Source: Pelagibacteraceae bacterium AG-422-B15
GTDB taxonomy: Bacteria; Pseudomonadota; Alphaproteobacteria; Pelagibacterales; AG-422-B15
Length of the DNA: 64,000 nucleotides
Direction of reading: 5' to 3'
Assembly (NCBI GenBank): GCA_003213715.1
Contig: QCMN01000001.1
Location: 57,956 to 121,955, forward strand
In this document: piece by piece, positions 45,309 to 54,508 of the stretch
Layout of the letters: every line of letters starts with the position of its first letter
Numbering within the stretch: the stretch's first letter is position 1
Notes under the pieces: generated by a model
Database searches by the model: none
Seen by the model: only the letters and a program-made list of their open reading frames with translations
What the model was told of the DNA's origin: nothing
Made by a program: the position numbers and the translations under genes

Positions 45309-45914
45309 ATGAAAAAAAATAAACTAAGAAAACCTACTCAAAGTGAAGCGGAAGAGGCGGTTCGTACATTAATTAAGTGGGCTGGGGACGATGTAACACG
45401 CGAAGGTTTACTTGACACGCCGAAAAGAGTGGCCAAGGCATACAAGGATTGGTTTTCTGGATATGATGAAGATCCAAAAGAGATTCTAAAAAGAACATTT
45501 TCAGAGACGGGTGGTTACGATGAAGTCATAATGTTAAAAGACATTAGAATTGAATCACATTGTGAACATCATATAGCGCCATTTATTGGAAATGCTCACG
45601 TTGCATATCTTCCTAACAAAAGAGTTGTTGGCATCAGTAAATTAGCAAGAATTACCAATATATTTGCTAAGCGAATGCAGGTTCAAGAAAAACTAACTTC
45701 TGAGATCGCAACATGTATACAGGATTGTTTGAAGCCTAAAGGAGTTGCAGTTGTGGTTGAAGCACAACATGAGTGTATGACCACTAGAGGAGTGCATATG
45801 CCAGGCATATCAATGGTCACCAGTAAACTTCTGGGAAAATTTAGAACTGATGCCTCTACACGTAGAGAATTCTATAGCATGCTTAATCAAGGTCCCATAC
45901 TTAAAAAAAGCTAA
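45309..45914 (+). CDS. folE: GTP cyclohydrolase I
   Basis: [20 protein letters not shown] and the HECMTTRG motifs. Confidence 0.9.
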   Translation: MKKNKLRKPTQSEAEEAVRTLIKWAGDDVTREGLLDTPKRVAKAYKDWFSGYDEDPKEILKRTFSETGGYDEVIMLKDIRIESHCEHHIAPFIGNAHVAYLPNKRVVGISKLARITNIFAKRMQVQEKLTSEIATCIQDCLKPKGVAVVVEAQHECMTTRGVHMPGISMVTSKLLGKFRTDASTRREFYSMLNQGPILKKS

Positions 45915-45932
45915 TATATATTTATCAACTAC

Positions 45933-47384
45933 ATGCTTAATTTTAAATTAATACTTAACGTATTAGGGTACTTATTGATTGCTTTGAGTTTTGTTTTACT
46001 CGTCCCAGCTATATTAGATCTGGCTTTTCGCAATGAAACATGGCAATCATTTATAATAAGCTCAATAATTACTCTTGGATTTGGCATTACCTTTTTTATT
46101 TCAACAAGAAATTCTGCAGAAGATAAAATCCAAACCCAAGATGCATTTTTAATAACTACATTATCTTGGGTATTTATATGTTTTTTTGGTTCTCTTCCAT
46201 TCTTTCTATCTAGTCTAAATTTAAGTTTCACAGACTCAATTTTTGAGTCTATGTCAGGTATTACAACAACAGGTTCCACAATTCTAAGCGACATTAAGTC
46301 TATGCCTGAGGGCATCCTGCTTTGGCGAGGACTTCTTCAATGGATCGGGGGGGTTGGTATAATAGTCATGGCTATTAGTATACTTCCTGTATTGCAGGTA
46401 GGAGGTATGCAGATCTTCAGAACAGAATCATCAGATACAACAGAAAAGATCTTACCAAGAACTGCACAGGTTTCTTTTGCGGTAATCATAATATACTTAT
46501 CATTAACAGTTCTTTGTTTTATATCTTACTGGTTGAGCGGTATGAGACTTTTCGATTCCTTAGTTCATTCAATGACAACGATAGCTACAGGTGGTTTTTC
46601 AACAAGGAATGATTCATTCGCTAGCTTTGATAATCGATCAACAGAATATATTGCAATCTTATTTATGATTTTAAGTAGCCTTCCAATTTTAATATATCTT
46701 GAGGTTACACAAAATGGGATCAAAAGTTTTTTTAGAGATACTCAAATAAAAACTTTTTTAATCATAATTTTTGTAAGTTCTTTATTAGTAATTTCTTATT
46801 TGTGGATATTTGATCTTAAAAATTTTGAACAGTCTTTAAGGCACGGTGCATTTAATGTTGTCTCAATTATAACTGGTACAGGTTATACTTCAGATAATTA
46901 CAATTTGTGGGGACCATTTCCAATTTACTTACTTTTCTTTGGTATGTTTATTGGTGGCTGTGCTGGTTCAACTACTTGCGGAATCAAGGTTTTTAGATTT
47001 CAGATATTATTTGAAACTCTAAAAATGCAAATTCAAAAGCTCTTACATCCCCATGGCGTATTTGTTCCACATTATAATCGTAGAAAAATTCAGGACGAAG
47101 TAACATCTTCAGTCATGAGTTTCTTCTTTATATTCATTCTTAGTTTCATAGCTATTACTTTGCTTTTATCTATGACTGAGCTTGACTTTGTAACTTCATT
47201 ATCAGCAGCTGCGACTTCTCTTGCCAATGTCGGGCCAGGACTTGGGACCACAATAGGTCCAGAAAATTCTTTTTATGCAGTTTCTGATCCTGCTAAGTGG
47301 ATACTTATATTCTCAATGTTATTAGGGAGATTAGAGATATTAACTGTATTAGTTATCTTTCATCCTGCCTTTTGGAAGAAATAA
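45933..47384 (+). CDS. trkH: Trk-type potassium uptake protein TrkH
   Basis: 483 aa. The repeated membrane-pore-membrane units carry TTTG/ATGG/GTGY/NVGPG selectivity-filter-like glycines. Confidence 0.85.
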   Translation: MLNFKLILNVLGYLLIALSFVLLVPAILDLAFRNETWQSFIISSIITLGFGITFFISTRNSAEDKIQTQDAFLITTLSWVFICFFGSLPFFLSSLNLSFTDSIFESMSGITTTGSTILSDIKSMPEGILLWRGLLQWIGGVGIIVMAISILPVLQVGGMQIFRTESSDTTEKILPRTAQVSFAVIIIYLSLTVLCFISYWLSGMRLFDSLVHSMTTIATGGFSTRNDSFASFDNRSTEYIAILFMILSSLPILIYLEVTQNGIKSFFRDTQIKTFLIIIFVSSLLVISYLWIFDLKNFEQSLRHGAFNVVSIITGTGYTSDNYNLWGPFPIYLLFFGMFIGGCAGSTTCGIKVFRFQILFETLKMQIQKLLHPHGVFVPHYNRRKIQDEVTSSVMSFFFIFILSFIAITLLLSMTELDFVTSLSAAATSLANVGPGLGTTIGPENSFYAVSDPAKWILIFSMLLGRLEILTVLVIFHPAFWKK

Positions 47385-48293
47385 TTAAAATATTACTTTT
47401 AAAATTTCTTTTTGAACAAACAGTCTATTGCTCGCTTCTTGCCAAACCCTTGAATTATTTCCATCTATTACACTTGCTTCAACTTCCTCATTTCTGTTTG
47501 CTGGAAGACAGTGCATAAAAATACTATCCGATTTAGCCATTTTCATAACTTCTTCGGTAACTCTGAATTCTTTAATTAAATCATAATCCTGATTTTTTGT
47601 ATCCTCTCCCATTGATTTCCATGTATCTGTCATCACAGCATCAGCATGAGCAAGAATTTGGTCATTTACATGATGATGTACGATATCATCGAGATCAGTT
47701 GAAATGTCATACTCCTGCATTTTTTCTTTATACTTTTCAAACCATGCCTCCGGACAAAAAATATTAAGTGAGAAGCCTAATTCTTTTTTAAAAGCCTCAA
47801 TCCAAGAATTAGCTACATTTGTAATAGGTCCCATCCAAACAATATTCAATTTTTCTAAACTGCCCCTCTCCTCTAATAATGTCATTAGACCTGCCAAGCA
47901 CTGACAAGGATGTGATAAATTTGATAGTGCATTTATCACAGGTAAATGCGATAGCTTGGAAGCGCTCATTATAGTTTTATGATCGTTGACCCTAAGAATA
48001 AGTCCGTCAGCATATAGTCCAAAAGTATTAATTGTATCACTTACGCTTTCTTTATCATTACCCAGGTGAATATCTTCCTTATTTAAAATTGTTGTGGAGC
48101 CACCCAATTGTTTAATTGCAATATCGAACGATAGCCTTGTTCTGGTAGATTTTTTTTCAAAAAATAATACTAGGTTTTTACCATTCAAATTATTTTGTGT
48201 TATTGTTTTAGACCTTTTATTTTGTAAGGCATTATCTAATAAGCTGGTTAATTCACTCTTTGAGATTTCTTTTATATCTATAAAATTTTTCAT
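47385..48293 (-). CDS. argF: Ornithine carbamoyltransferase
   Basis: STRTRLSF, HPCQ, DTWKSMGE and HCLPA. Confidence 0.85.
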   Translation of the reverse strand: MKNFIDIKEISKSELTSLLDNALQNKRSKTITQNNLNGKNLVLFFEKKSTRTRLSFDIAIKQLGGSTTILNKEDIHLGNDKESVSDTINTFGLYADGLILRVNDHKTIMSASKLSHLPVINALSNLSHPCQCLAGLMTLLEERGSLEKLNIVWMGPITNVANSWIEAFKKELGFSLNIFCPEAWFEKYKEKMQEYDISTDLDDIVHHHVNDQILAHADAVMTDTWKSMGEDTKNQDYDLIKEFRVTEEVMKMAKSDSIFMHCLPANRNEEVEASVIDGNNSRVWQEASNRLFVQKEILKVIF

Positions 48294-49459
48294 TATTTAA
48301 ACTCACTGCAAGTAGCTCTTATTTTATCGATTGCTTCATCGCATTCAGTTAAGGTAAGATTAATTGGAGGCAAAAGTCTTACAACATTATCTGAAGCTTT
48401 TACAGTTAGAATATATTTTTCTCTTGCTAGATTGACAAACTTATCATTTTCAACTTTACACTTTAGCCCTAAAATAAATCCTCTTCCTCTGATATTTTCA
48501 ATGACGCTCGGAAAATCAGTAATCACGTTTTGAAGTCCTTCATAGAGTTTTTTTGCAACAACATTAATTTCATTAAAAAATTTGTCTTTTAGCATTATAT
48601 CCAAAACAGCGTTTCCCACTGTACAAGCAAGTGGATTACCTCCGAAAGTTGAACCATGAGAACCAAAATCCATCTTTTCACCAACTTTTTTTGATGTCAG
48701 GCACGCACCTAATGGAAAACCATTTCCAATTGCTTTTGCTATTGTCATAATATCTGGATATACTTCAGACCATTCATATGCAAATAATTTTCCCGTTCTA
48801 CCCATGCCGCATTGCACTTCATCAAAGATTAGAAGGCAGTTCTTTTCATCACAAATTTTCCTTAATCCCGCAAGGCATTGCCTAGGAACTTCTCTTATAC
48901 CGCCCTCACCTTGTATTGGTTCAATAATTACTGCAGAGGTTTTTTCACTTATTGAGTTTAGAAGCTGCTCATGATCACCAAATTCAAGAAATTTAAAATC
49001 ATTTACTGTGGTATTAAAAGAGCTGAGCTTATCTGGACCTCCCGCTGCAAGCGCCCCTATTGTTCTGCCATGAAATGAACCTGAAAAACTTAAAATTTCT
49101 TTTTTATGTGACCAATTTTCTGAACTATGAAAATATCTTCTAGCAATTTTTATGCTTGCCTCAATAGCTTCGGTACCTGAATTACAAAAGAATACATAAT
49201 CTGCGAAAGAATTATCACATAATCTTTGCGCGAGTTTTTCTTGTTCTGGTATCTGATATACATTTGATAAATGCCATAATTTATCTATTTGTTCTTTTAA
49301 TTTATCGTTTAGGTATGGATTTGAATAACCTAGGGAATTAACCGCTATTCCTGTACCAAAATCTAAAAACTTCTCTCCTGATTTTGTATACAAGTAGCTG
49401 CCAACTCCATGGGTAAATTCTAAGTTTGATCTTGGGTATGTTGGAAGAACATTGGTCAT
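48293..49459 (-). CDS. argD: Acetylornithine aminotransferase (class III PLP aminotransferase)
   Basis: NSGTEAIEA, DEVQCGMGRTG and the PLP-Lys context TIAKAIGNGFP. It lies adjacent to argF with a 1-nt overlap. Confidence 0.85.
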   Translation of the reverse strand: MTNVLPTYPRSNLEFTHGVGSYLYTKSGEKFLDFGTGIAVNSLGYSNPYLNDKLKEQIDKLWHLSNVYQIPEQEKLAQRLCDNSFADYVFFCNSGTEAIEASIKIARRYFHSSENWSHKKEILSFSGSFHGRTIGALAAGGPDKLSSFNTTVNDFKFLEFGDHEQLLNSISEKTSAVIIEPIQGEGGIREVPRQCLAGLRKICDEKNCLLIFDEVQCGMGRTGKLFAYEWSEVYPDIMTIAKAIGNGFPLGACLTSKKVGEKMDFGSHGSTFGGNPLACTVGNAVLDIMLKDKFFNEINVVAKKLYEGLQNVITDFPSVIENIRGRGFILGLKCKVENDKFVNLAREKYILTVKASDNVVRLLPPINLTLTECDEAIDKIRATCSEFK

Positions 49460-49460
49460 T

Positions 49461-50228
49461 TTATGGTCTCAATTTATAACCTGATTTTAACATCAAATAA
49501 TTTATCGCGATAAGAAATAAAAAAATTACTAATAATATAAAAATAGCTGAAAGGTATGAAGAATCACTTACACCCAAGAATCCATAACGAAAACCATCAA
49601 TCATATAAAAAAATGGATTTATTAAACTTGCCGTTTGAATGGGTCCCGGTAACACAGTTATCGAGTAAAATGTACCAGAAAGAAAAGACAAGGGAACAAT
49701 TATAAAGTTGCCTACCGTTCCAAGATGATCCCATTTTTCAGCCCATATTCCTGAAATAGTTCCAATTAAAGACATGATTGCTGAAGCTATTATAGCAAAA
49801 ATAAGAATTATATAGATATTATAAATACTAACATCAGCGAAAGGGTACATCATAAGAGCGCAAGCAACGGCAACAACTAGCCCCCTGGTAATTCCAGCTA
49901 AAGTAAAAGCTATAATTATTTCAATATTATTAAGAGGCGGCATCAAGAGATCAACAATATTGCCCTGTACTTTAGACATCAAGATGGAAGAAGAATTATT
50001 CATAAAGGCATTTTGAATGATGGTCATCATTATCAAGCCTGGAAATAGAAAACTTTTAAAGCTATCTAGGGGATAATTAGTTCTTACAGAACCAATCGCC
50101 GTTGTAAAAATTACCATAAAAAGCAAACTGGTTGCAGCAGGCGCTACAATTGTCTGTAGAGGAATTTTAGTAAATCTTTGTACTTCTTTTTTGTACAAAG
50201 TAATAATGCTTATTGGATTGTACTGCAT
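49461..50228 (-). CDS. ABC-2 type transporter permease (YadH-like)
   Basis: 255 aa with 6 hydrophobic helices and an ABC-2 permease-like layout. There is no adjacent ATPase gene. Confidence 0.7.
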   Translation of the reverse strand: MQYNPISIITLYKKEVQRFTKIPLQTIVAPAATSLLFMVIFTTAIGSVRTNYPLDSFKSFLFPGLIMMTIIQNAFMNNSSSILMSKVQGNIVDLLMPPLNNIEIIIAFTLAGITRGLVVAVACALMMYPFADVSIYNIYIILIFAIIASAIMSLIGTISGIWAEKWDHLGTVGNFIIVPLSFLSGTFYSITVLPGPIQTASLINPFFYMIDGFRYGFLGVSDSSYLSAIFILLVIFLFLIAINYLMLKSGYKLRP

Positions 50229-50250
50229 AGCGTCTGTTTAATTAAATTTC

Positions 50251-50265
50251 TTAAAATGTCATTAA
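50251..50265. promoter_or_regulatory. TTAA-N7-TTAA motif (CtrA-box-like) upstream of gcrA
   Basis: TTAAAATGTCATTAA read in the 188-bp gcrA upstream region. In a genome this AT-rich a chance match is plausible. Confidence 0.3.
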
Positions 50266-50416
50266 TATTTAGATTTCAGTAATTATTCTATTCAACTGAT
50301 ATTTATAGATAAATTTTTATACTCACAGATTGAGCAATAATATCAAGATTTAGTATATTTATATTGAATTCTATCAAAATGTAGTGGTAACATTTGCCAT
50401 CTATTAAGGAGAAATT

Positions 50417-50872
50417 ATGCCTTGGACATATGAAAGAATTGAAAAGCTCAAACAGCTTTGGGATGAAGGTCTAACAGCTAGCAGAATTGCAGCAGAGTTA
50501 GGTGAAGTCACAAGAAATGCGGTAATTGGTAAAGCACACAGATTAGGTCTTTCAGGCAGGATGGCCTCAAAAAGCAAGAATAATGGAATATCCATAATAC
50601 GAAAAAAAAGAATAAATGTATCAAAAAGTCAAAAAGTAATTGATATCTCACCTGTTATTGATGAGCCAATGAATCCAACATCATTTCAAGATATTAAGGA
50701 TGGCTTATGTAGGTGGCCAATTGGAGAACCAGAGGAAACAGATTTTAAATTCTGCGGAAGGAATACGAATGAAGGATTTGTCTACTGTCAAGCTCATCAC
50801 AAACAGGCTTATCAACCACTAAGCAAAGTAAGAGAAAGAAAGAAAATCAAAAAGAAATTTAGAATTACTTAG
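50417..50872 (+). CDS. gcrA: Cell cycle regulator GcrA
   Basis: N-terminus WTYERIEKLKQLWDEGLTASRIAAELGEVTRNAVIGKAHRLGLSGR and C-terminal CRWPIGEP...FCG....YC..H. It is preceded by AAGGAGA. Confidence 0.85.
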   Translation: MPWTYERIEKLKQLWDEGLTASRIAAELGEVTRNAVIGKAHRLGLSGRMASKSKNNGISIIRKKRINVSKSQKVIDISPVIDEPMNPTSFQDIKDGLCRWPIGEPEETDFKFCGRNTNEGFVYCQAHHKQAYQPLSKVRERKKIKKKFRIT

Positions 50873-50960
50873 AATAAAAACTCAAGAGAGAGGCTTAGAC
50901 CAAAAGAAAAGATCAATAAGATTACAATTACAAATATTACTCCGTTAATTAAGTTCATTT

Positions 50961-52025
50961 TTATTCCTTTTTATAAGATGGTATAAGTTTTTCACCTTTA
51001 CTTATTTTATCTTTAATTTCTTTTATTGTTGACTCCATTCTGACATATCTTTCTGCAGTTGATGGATGAGTTCCTCCAGTTGAATAAATTGAATTAGGAA
51101 CTTCTACAGCAAATCTTCTCCAAAAATTTACAGCATCATCTAAGTTGTAACCCGCTTGTGCTAAAATATACATACTGAGATAATCAGCCTCATTCTCATA
51201 TTCGATTGAATAAGCTGTAGCGCCAATACTTTGACCCACTTCCATCATGTCTTGTGGCAGACCGACGTATATTCCAAACAATAAACCAAGCAACGCCCCT
51301 GTGTTTGCGTTTTGAATTTTATCAGCAACATGCTTATTGGCATTATGAGCTAATTCATGAGCAAAAACAATTGCGGCTCCGGTTTCATTTTGTATTAGCC
51401 ACTTTGCCATCCTTAGTGAGAAAACCATAATCTCACCATTTGCAAAAGCGTTAAAAGTATTGTTATCAAGATCAATGACAAAGTTGAAACGGCATCTTTG
51501 TTCACTTCTGATTTTTATATTTTTAAATTCATCACCTCTAAGAATCTTGAATTCATATAATTTTTGATATTCTTTATCAATCTTTTCAATATAAGATTTA
51601 AATGCATCTTCCCCCTGGATTAAGCTTTCACCATCTATTTCTAAAATCTCATCACCAACTAAGATGCCCGCTTTACTTGCAGGCGAATTAGTACCTAAAC
51701 TCACGACTTTTAATTTTGATCCTAGTGAAAGACTTGTATTTATTTCTTTACGGATCGTTTCATATGCCGAGTACTCATTCGCAAGATTCATTCCTAAAGC
51801 AAATATTCGGTCATCCTCAGCACATAGATCTTTAGCACTGAACAATATATCTGTACCCATAGTTGAAAATGGTAAATACGTATCAAGCCATGAATCAGCG
51901 AACATTTGGTTTTGTATATCTCTTTCTTTTTCAGTTATTGCTGTGCTGTAGTCTGGAAGCTGTGTTTGCGGTTGGGCGCAAGAGATAATAAGTAATAAAG
52001 CTAAAATCGAGAATTTTTTCATCAT
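50961..52025 (-). CDS. M48 family zinc metallopeptidase lipoprotein with PDZ domain
   Basis: Lipobox LLIISC, PDZ-like LGTNSPASKAGILVGDEILEIDG, and zinc motif AHELAHNANKH. Confidence 0.8.
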   Translation of the reverse strand: MMKKFSILALLLIISCAQPQTQLPDYSTAITEKERDIQNQMFADSWLDTYLPFSTMGTDILFSAKDLCAEDDRIFALGMNLANEYSAYETIRKEINTSLSLGSKLKVVSLGTNSPASKAGILVGDEILEIDGESLIQGEDAFKSYIEKIDKEYQKLYEFKILRGDEFKNIKIRSEQRCRFNFVIDLDNNTFNAFANGEIMVFSLRMAKWLIQNETGAAIVFAHELAHNANKHVADKIQNANTGALLGLLFGIYVGLPQDMMEVGQSIGATAYSIEYENEADYLSMYILAQAGYNLDDAVNFWRRFAVEVPNSIYSTGGTHPSTAERYVRMESTIKEIKDKISKGEKLIPSYKKE

Positions 52026-52897
52026 ATCCGTTCTGAACGTTCTTTCTTAATCATATAGTAAGAGTGAATAAATATAATAGTTATTATAAAAATGCCACCA
52101 ATTAAGGTTTTTTGCGTTGGTGCTTCACTAATAAAAAACCATACCCATAGAGGTCCTAAGGCGGTCTCGAGTAAGAAGAAAATTCCCACTTCAGGAGAAC
52201 TAATGAATTGCGGTGCAATACTTATAAATACAAAAGATACACCTACTGTGACTACCATTAATGACAAAAGTATTAAATCAGTTGAATTAATTATGAAACT
52301 ATTAACAAAGAATACTGCTACGCAAGCTGTTAAAAGTTTTCCTAATATATATGAGGGCACAAAGTTGATATTTGGCGAACTTCTCATTACAGTTAAGCTG
52401 GCTCCAACAAAAGCAGCACATAGGAGTCCATAAAAATCACCAAGATATCGATTAAGCTCGTATGACTCATAGAAAATATAAATTACAGCAATCAAACAAC
52501 TAAGAGAGCAAAGCCAAGTGATCAATTGAGGTTTTTCGTTAAGAAAAATAAATGAAAATATTGATGCAATGATTGGAACAAGACTAATCATTATTAAAGC
52601 GTTTGCGACATCTGTATTTGCTAAAGCTAATATGAATGTAATGTTAGATCCCATTATTAAAACGGCATTTAATAGACCAGGTTTTCCGATACTCATAAAA
52701 TCCGGTACAGCTCTAGAGCTGAAGAAAACAAAATAGCCAATTAATAATGCAGTTCCAGGAAACAGAGATCTATAAAATAAAAGGTTCCATGTATCAATTG
52801 ATACGAGTTTAATAATTAGTGAGTCTGGAGTTACAATCATTACTCCAATAAATGCAAGTAGGGTTCCCTTTTGTGTATTTGATAATTTGTTAAACAT
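52022..52897 (-). CDS. DMT superfamily (EamA-like) transporter
   Basis: 291 aa with 10 hydrophobic helices. It overlaps the downstream gene by 4 nt. Confidence 0.7.
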   Translation of the reverse strand: MFNKLSNTQKGTLLAFIGVMIVTPDSLIIKLVSIDTWNLLFYRSLFPGTALLIGYFVFFSSRAVPDFMSIGKPGLLNAVLIMGSNITFILALANTDVANALIMISLVPIIASIFSFIFLNEKPQLITWLCSLSCLIAVIYIFYESYELNRYLGDFYGLLCAAFVGASLTVMRSSPNINFVPSYILGKLLTACVAVFFVNSFIINSTDLILLSLMVVTVGVSFVFISIAPQFISSPEVGIFFLLETALGPLWVWFFISEAPTQKTLIGGIFIITIIFIHSYYMIKKERSERI

Positions 52898-52906
52898 AAA
52901 TTTTAA

Positions 52907-52983
52907 TGGCGCGCCGGGAGAGATTCGAACTCCCGACCCCCAGATTCGTAGTCTGGTGCTCTATCCAGCTGAGCCACCGGCGC
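52907..52983 (-). tRNA. tRNA-Arg (anticodon ACG), CCA encoded
   Basis: The reverse complement GCGCCGGTGGCTCAGCTGGATAGAGCACCAGACTACGAATCTGGGGGTCGGGAGTTCGAATCTCTCCCGGCGCGCCA folds by hand into a cloverleaf. It has a 7-bp acceptor stem, GCTC/GAGC D stem, CCAGA/TCTGG anticodon stem and CTACGAA loop. Confidence 0.9.
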
Positions 52984-53015
52984 ATATAAGTTGATTATAG
53001 TTTATTTTCTTCTAA

Positions 53016-53711
53016 TCAAACCAAAAATCTTTTTTTTATAAATTTGTAAATTACAGGAACTATTACAATTATACTTATTAATAAAACGGGAAGTAAATAC
53101 TCAATTTTTAAAATATCACTTGATGAGAAATTCTGCGTTTCCATAATATTTTGAATTCCATTTCCAATACTCACTAAAATATATGCCCAGGGAATAACGC
53201 CAAAGATAGTTGCTATAAAATAGTCTCTAAACTTCATATCCAAGACAGCTGGGAGTAAATTTTGTATTCCAAATGGAACTCCACCTATTACTCTTATAAA
53301 GAGCAAATAGCTTATTGAATTACGATTAAAACCATCTTTGAACTTTTTAAATCTTTCACCGAATTGTTTTAAAATATAAGCTTTAAATAAATATCTACCG
53401 TACAAAAATACAATTACTGCTCCCGTGATTTCACCAATTATCGCGATGAGTAATCCTACGTATAGGCCAAAGTAAAATCCTGCTAAAATACACACTGGAG
53501 TTATCGGCCCCATTAAAGAAATCATTACTGCAATTATTAAGATGCATATAACAACTGAAAGTAATGGATATGAGAGAATATAATCCTGTATATATCCATG
53601 TTGGTTTATTAAGAATTCCATAGATATAGGGTTATATTTTCCCAGAAAATATAAAATAAGAACGATAGCGAGACCGATCCCAAGTAACCTTATTGACTTA
53701 TTTTTAAACAT
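53016..53711 (-). CDS. TVP38/TMEM64 (DedA-related) family membrane protein
   Basis: 231 aa with 5-6 hydrophobic helices. The central GEITGAVIVFLYGRY and LIRVIGGVPFG are typical of the family. Confidence 0.65.
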   Translation of the reverse strand: MFKNKSIRLLGIGLAIVLILYFLGKYNPISMEFLINQHGYIQDYILSYPLLSVVICILIIAVMISLMGPITPVCILAGFYFGLYVGLLIAIIGEITGAVIVFLYGRYLFKAYILKQFGERFKKFKDGFNRNSISYLLFIRVIGGVPFGIQNLLPAVLDMKFRDYFIATIFGVIPWAYILVSIGNGIQNIMETQNFSSSDILKIEYLLPVLLISIIVIVPVIYKFIKKRFLV

Positions 53712-53734
53712 ATATCTTATTTAATGAATATTAA

Positions 53735-53763
53735 TTGACTATCAATAGAATGCAATTTATAAG
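53735..53763 (+). promoter_or_regulatory. Putative sigma-70 promoter of rpmH (TTGACT-N17-TATAAG)
   Basis: Hexamers read directly, with 17-nt spacing. The -10 element ends 25 nt upstream of the rpmH ATG. Confidence 0.4.
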
Positions 53764-53787
53764 CCAATCACCTAACAAAATAGAAAT

Positions 53788-53922
53788 ATGAAAAGAACAT
53801 TTCAACCAAGTAATTTAGTCAGAAAAAGACGTCATGGATTCAGAGCTCGTTCTGCGACTAAAGATGGAAGGATTATTTTGGCTAGGCGCCGTGCTAAGGG
53901 CAGAAAAGTTCTCTCAGCTTAG
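53788..53922 (+). CDS. rpmH: 50S ribosomal protein L34
   Basis: Manual translation gives [44 protein letters not shown]. It is absent from the ORF track because it is too short. Confidence 0.95.
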   Translation: MKRTFQPSNLVRKRRHGFRARSATKDGRIILARRRAKGRKVLSA

Positions 53923-53935
53923 AACAAGATATTCA

Positions 53936-54268
53936 ATGAATAAATTAGAGACATTAAAATCCTCAAAGGATTTTCAAAGAGCTAAAAGTGGACTCTTCTT
54001 TAGAAGTAAGTCCTTTTTATTACAGGCTTACGAGGATAAATCATGCAATAAAGTAAAAGTTGGATACACAGTTTCAAAACAAAATGGAAACGCTGTCGTA
54101 AGAAATAAAATAAAGAGGCGGCTAAGAGTAATTGCAAAAAATATTATTGGGGAATATGGTATAAAAAATTGGAATTACGTAATTATTGGCAAGAAGAATT
54201 CGCTTATTGAAGATTTTAAAAATCTAGAATTTGAAATGAATATAGCAATTAAAAAAATTCATAGTTAG
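53936..54268 (+). CDS. rnpA: Ribonuclease P protein component
   Basis: It follows rpmH in the canonical order. It is basic, with a KRRLR-type RNR-like motif (VRNKIKRRLRVIAK). The start is set at the Met at 53936 so that it does not overlap rpmH. Confidence 0.8.
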   Translation: MNKLETLKSSKDFQRAKSGLFFRSKSFLLQAYEDKSCNKVKVGYTVSKQNGNAVVRNKIKRRLRVIAKNIIGEYGIKNWNYVIIGKKNSLIEDFKNLEFEMNIAIKKIHS

Positions 54269-54271
54269 CAA

Positions 54272-54505
54272 ATGAAATCAATATTTATATTCCTGATAGT
54301 ATTATATCAAAGATTAATCTCTCCATATTTTCCCTCATCATGTCGTTTTATGCCAACATGCTCTGAATATGCAAAAGAGGCAATTGAAGAGCACGGTTTA
54401 ATTAAGGGAACATATTTAGGAATTAAGAGAATAACAAAATGTCATCCAATAAAGCTTTTAGGCGGTTCAGAAGGGTATGACCCTGTTCCAAAAGAGAAGA
54501 AGTAA
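54272..54505 (+). CDS. yidD: Membrane protein insertion efficiency factor YidD
   Basis: [31 protein letters not shown]...RITKCHP. Confidence 0.85.
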   Translation: MKSIFIFLIVLYQRLISPYFPSSCRFMPTCSEYAKEAIEEHGLIKGTYLGIKRITKCHPIKLLGGSEGYDPVPKEKK

Positions 54506-54508
54506 CCT

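Noticed and set aside
45929-46315. 128-aa minus-strand ORF overlapping the 5' end of trkH.
   Set aside because: It lies antisense to trkH, which has clear family features. It has no motif and no ribosome-binding site.
52898-53015. tRNA-Arg as a possible integration hotspot for a genomic island or prophage.
   Set aside because: There is no integrase, direct repeat of the tRNA 3' end, or phage-like gene on either flank. The neighbours are ordinary membrane proteins.
53834-53935. Track start for rnpA at 53834, overlapping rpmH by 89 nt.
   Set aside because: The extension is read from the rpmH region in another frame. The Met at 53936, just after the rpmH stop, gives a normal-length RNase P protein.
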